This document shows, in pieces, positions 60,766 to 64,000 of a stretch of DNA of 64,000 bases (its first letter is position 1; each line of letters begins with the position of its first letter). A model generated the notes under the pieces. That model was not told the DNA's origin. It made no database searches and was given only the letters and a program-made list of their open reading frames with translations. A program made the position numbers and the translations under genes. Origin of the DNA: Felis catus (Eukaryota); the NCBI RefSeq assembly GCF_018350175.1, contig NC_058383.1:13704001-13768000 (forward strand), given 5' to 3'.

Positions 60766-62017
60766 AGTGTAGACCAAGTTCCTCAGGCTAACCTTGGAGC
60801 CAAGGCGTCCAGGCAACTGCCTTTCTGTGCAGCCTCTCACAAAACCCTCTTGCTCCCAAGTTCTTTTGAAACTTTGACCTGTGTCCCTTCGTGCCTCAGG
60901 GGTCCGCCTTGTCCTCTGTTCCTGAAATCTCTCCCTGTGCCACCGACTGAACCTGGCATTTGAACGGGCTGGTGCTCCAGTTTTTCGGGCAGCACGTCCT
61001 TGCTGAGCAGAGCGTGGTGTTCAGCCAGCTTCCAGAGCTCGGCACCCCCACAGTTACTGCTCAGGCCCTCGGTCGTGCCGCCCCTCCCGCTAACTCCCAG
61101 ACTTCTTCGGAATCAGAACTCCCTCCAGTCAAATCACCAGGCTTCTATTCCATAATCTCTTCCTCGCTCTTGCCAAGAATGTTCTTTAGTAATCCAAAGT
61201 TATATTTGTTATTATACATAAGACTAGAAAAGGGTTTGTGATTTTTTTTGTGTGTGTGAAATCAGCTTTAATACGTTGTGACAAAACCCAACTCATGTTT
61301 CTAAACATTTTATGTAACGGTTGTGCTCTTTTCGACTTATGGAAAAATGGATCCAGAACTCTTGGCGGCTTTCATGCATCTTTCCTTGGCCTTTTTCTTT
61401 GTGGACTGAAGTCAGCTCAGGGCCAAACGTCACCAGAATCATTGGCCATTGATACTCTGGTGAAGGCTGTGTTTTATTACCACTGCAACAGTTAGGGGTA
61501 GGGCGAAATGATATCCAGACATGTCAGATCTTAATCGCAAGTGTTGAAAACAGAGATGTGTTTTATTCTAGACCATTAAGGTGGGAGTTAATTACCACTT
61601 TCAGATGAACTCCCCGCGTGCCCTCCTGCCATGGCAATTAGGAGCAGAGTGGCCGCTTGTGTGCTTGACGATGTTTTATGACCATGGATTATATGGGAAT
61701 TAGGAATGGGTTGGGGAAGCATTTGGGCCTCATAGTTACCCAGCACCAGGATGGCCCAGCCCCAGATTTGTCAAAACCGCAAATGTTGTGTTTGGCAAAC
61801 ACTCTCCAAAATTTGTTTGGTCCGTACTAAATAGCTTCATTTAGCAGACCGGTTTATTCAAGTGCCTGGGAGTAGTCTTTGGATTCTGACTTACCCCAGG
61901 AGGCCCCCAAGAGCATCACTGAGGTTCATCTACAGCCTGGGTTGGTTCCGAGTAATGCCTGTTATGAAACTGCAAAGTAGGGATGCCTTCGTTCGGTTCC
62001 AAGATGAGGATCTTCAT

Positions 62018-62220
62018 GGCTGCTGTGTCCAGTACAGTAGCCACCAGCAGTGTGTGGCTTTTTAAACTCACAATTAAATTGCTAACAGTAAATAAAACCT
62101 AAACGTCACTGCCTCAGTGACACACGTTTCAAGAACTTGATAACCACACGCGGCTAACGTATTGGACAACACAGGTAGAGAATATTGTCATCACCAGAGA
62201 ATTCTTTCGGACAGTGGTGG
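62018..62220. mobile_element. MER3-like (hAT-Charlie)
   Basis: CTGTGTCCAGTACAGTAGCCACCAGCAGTGTGTGGCT...TATTGGACAACACAG...TCGGACAGTG. Confidence 0.8.
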
Positions 62221-63749
62221 GCTAGAGTCTCAACACATCACTTGTGCAGGGGGTCAGTGGATCCAGAGCCACTCCTCGAGGGACATCTTGGCTTTCCTGA
62301 CGGTTCTCCAGTGACTCAACACCACGTGGAGAAGGATGACCTTCAACCCAGCAAGGTCTCCCAGCCTTGCCTCTGATCCCAAAGTCAGCCATCCTGGGTG
62401 TCCAAACTGAGGGTCAGCCTTTGAGCACCTTCAGGGGTGTCGGGGGCTCACGGTGGCTTCTGGTAGCACTGCGGTCAGCTCTTCCCAGAAATCAGGGGAG
62501 AAGGGGGACTGTTCACTGAAGGTCGACAGAAGGACACGCTCCCTACCCCCAAGTAATGCCCGCTCTCTCCTTTCTTCAAGTTAGATCACCAGGAAACCAC
62601 ATACTTGAAGGACATTAGCTTATCTCCCTCAGTCGCGTTGTCTTTAATCGCCCATACTTTTCATGTTTCTACCTTGCGTTTCTTGATAATTGAAAAAACT
62701 AACACGAAGATAACTCGCATGTACTGCAAAAACCATTCATTACGGAGGATGTGGACCATTTGTGCAGAGCACTGCATAGTCCTTGGCGTGTTACGTGTCT
62801 CTCAGCAAGAACTGTGAGGCTTTCTTCCACTGGAGAATGCAAATCATGTGCCCGTTCTTCCTCTTTTGCCCCATCTTCTGGAAACGCCAGAGTTAAATTC
62901 ACTGCTCGGTCACATTGACTTCATTAGCCCCCGTGGTTATATTTCTTGCTTTCGCTTCCTTAATCAGATGTTTGATTTTCTATTTCAACTTTGATAACTT
63001 TATTGTGTGTATCTGTTTATGTTATTTTAATTCTCCTTAAATTCTTTTCTGAAAGAGGCGAAGTGTAACAAATGAATACAAACTATTCATTATATCCTCT
63101 TCCCACTCGATATTTCCTGTTTTAAAGTATTCCCTGTGCAAGCCCCAGCCTCTGCCGCTAGCATCCATGAGCGCAGGGCCCACGGACCTCCTGACCATCT
63201 CGTTCTTCTTCCGTATCCTCCCGAGTATCTAGCACACTGCGGAGCACATGCCGGTTTGAGTGATGTGAGGGCAGAGAAACTGCACCATGCGTGGGAAGAC
63301 ATTACAGAATAAACTCAGGGAGAAGGGTCACCTCTCAAATTTAGTCAGATGACAAAAGGCAGCACTGGCCTCCCTGGCATGTAGGGCTAGGAAAGAATTT
63401 GAATAATTATCATCATTATCATCACCACCTTCGTTAAACGCCATCTGCACATGGTACCGTGTAGGCCCCGACAGGTTATTTCCGGGCCGGGGAGAGAGAA
63501 TTTTGTCCAGCAAGGAGGATAAGCCTGAGATCTCCTCTGCTCACCAGCCTCCTTTCAAGAGTGTTTTTGATGGTCCACCTCCAAGATGGCGACCGGGTTT
63601 ACTGTTGGAATTGAGCACGTTAACTCCGTGTTCTTGGGACATAGGTCTCTGTGGTCCTTGACTTACAAGCGTCCTTCACATCCTAGAACCCTGGACTTTT
63701 ACCTTACAGCACTAACCACAGTGGCAGTTGAGGACCTCGATGCATAATG

Positions 63750-63880
63750 AGTTAGAGTCTCTCTTACAGTATGTCTCTATCTTCTGTGCGCCCGTGTATC
63801 TGGAACTCACCATCATGTGTTGCACAGAATACGTGTATGTTACGTAACTGTTACAACAAATAGAAGAGATGAATGAACGG
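63750..63880 (+). mobile_element. L2 3' end, degraded
   Basis: CCGTGTATCTGGAACTCACCATCATGTGTTGCACAGAATA...ATGAATGAA. Confidence 0.45.
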
Positions 63881-64000
63881 ATATCCAATTTGACTTTAGA
63901 GTTATCTCCTGACTTAACAGCTGTCGGAGTGACTATTTCCTCCATGAATCCAACATTTGGGATTCATAGAGTACTTGAGGTACAGCTCTGCCATAGGGGG

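Noticed and set aside
60240..60775. CRISPR-like repeat-spacer array
   Set aside because: Mammalian DNA; the 'spacers' are SINE/L1 pieces and the 'repeats' are target-site duplications
1..64000. Naming the host gene
   Set aside because: No coding exon is present to recognise; any symbol would be a guess without a BLAT search

Overview
Mammalian genomic DNA from a felid (cat family), judged by about 22 tRNA-derived Can-SINEs, including young SINEC_Fc-type copies. I found no convincing protein-coding exon: the ORF track is explained by SINE/L1 remnants, GC-rich sequence and chance. The window looks like a long intron or regulatory domain of a large, probably developmental, gene that I cannot name. 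Old repeats (MIR, L2, L1M, MLT1, MER5A, MER3, MER94, MADE2) alternate with several kb-scale, repeat-poor blocks rich in homeodomain, GATA and TALE motifs. The clearest functional element is a CpG island at about 36.4-37.3 kb with textbook + strand promoter geometry (CCAAT -75, TATA-like -33, Inr +1). It is followed by a G-quadruplex motif, a 21-codon uORF and a strong splice donor at 37180, consistent with a non-coding first exon. Other points of note are nested and same-site retrotransposon insertions, a templated-insertion scar in an L1, and motif clusters. Nothing here amounts to a demonstrably new biological system. Repeat family names come from recalled consensus sequences, and old-repeat boundaries are approximate.
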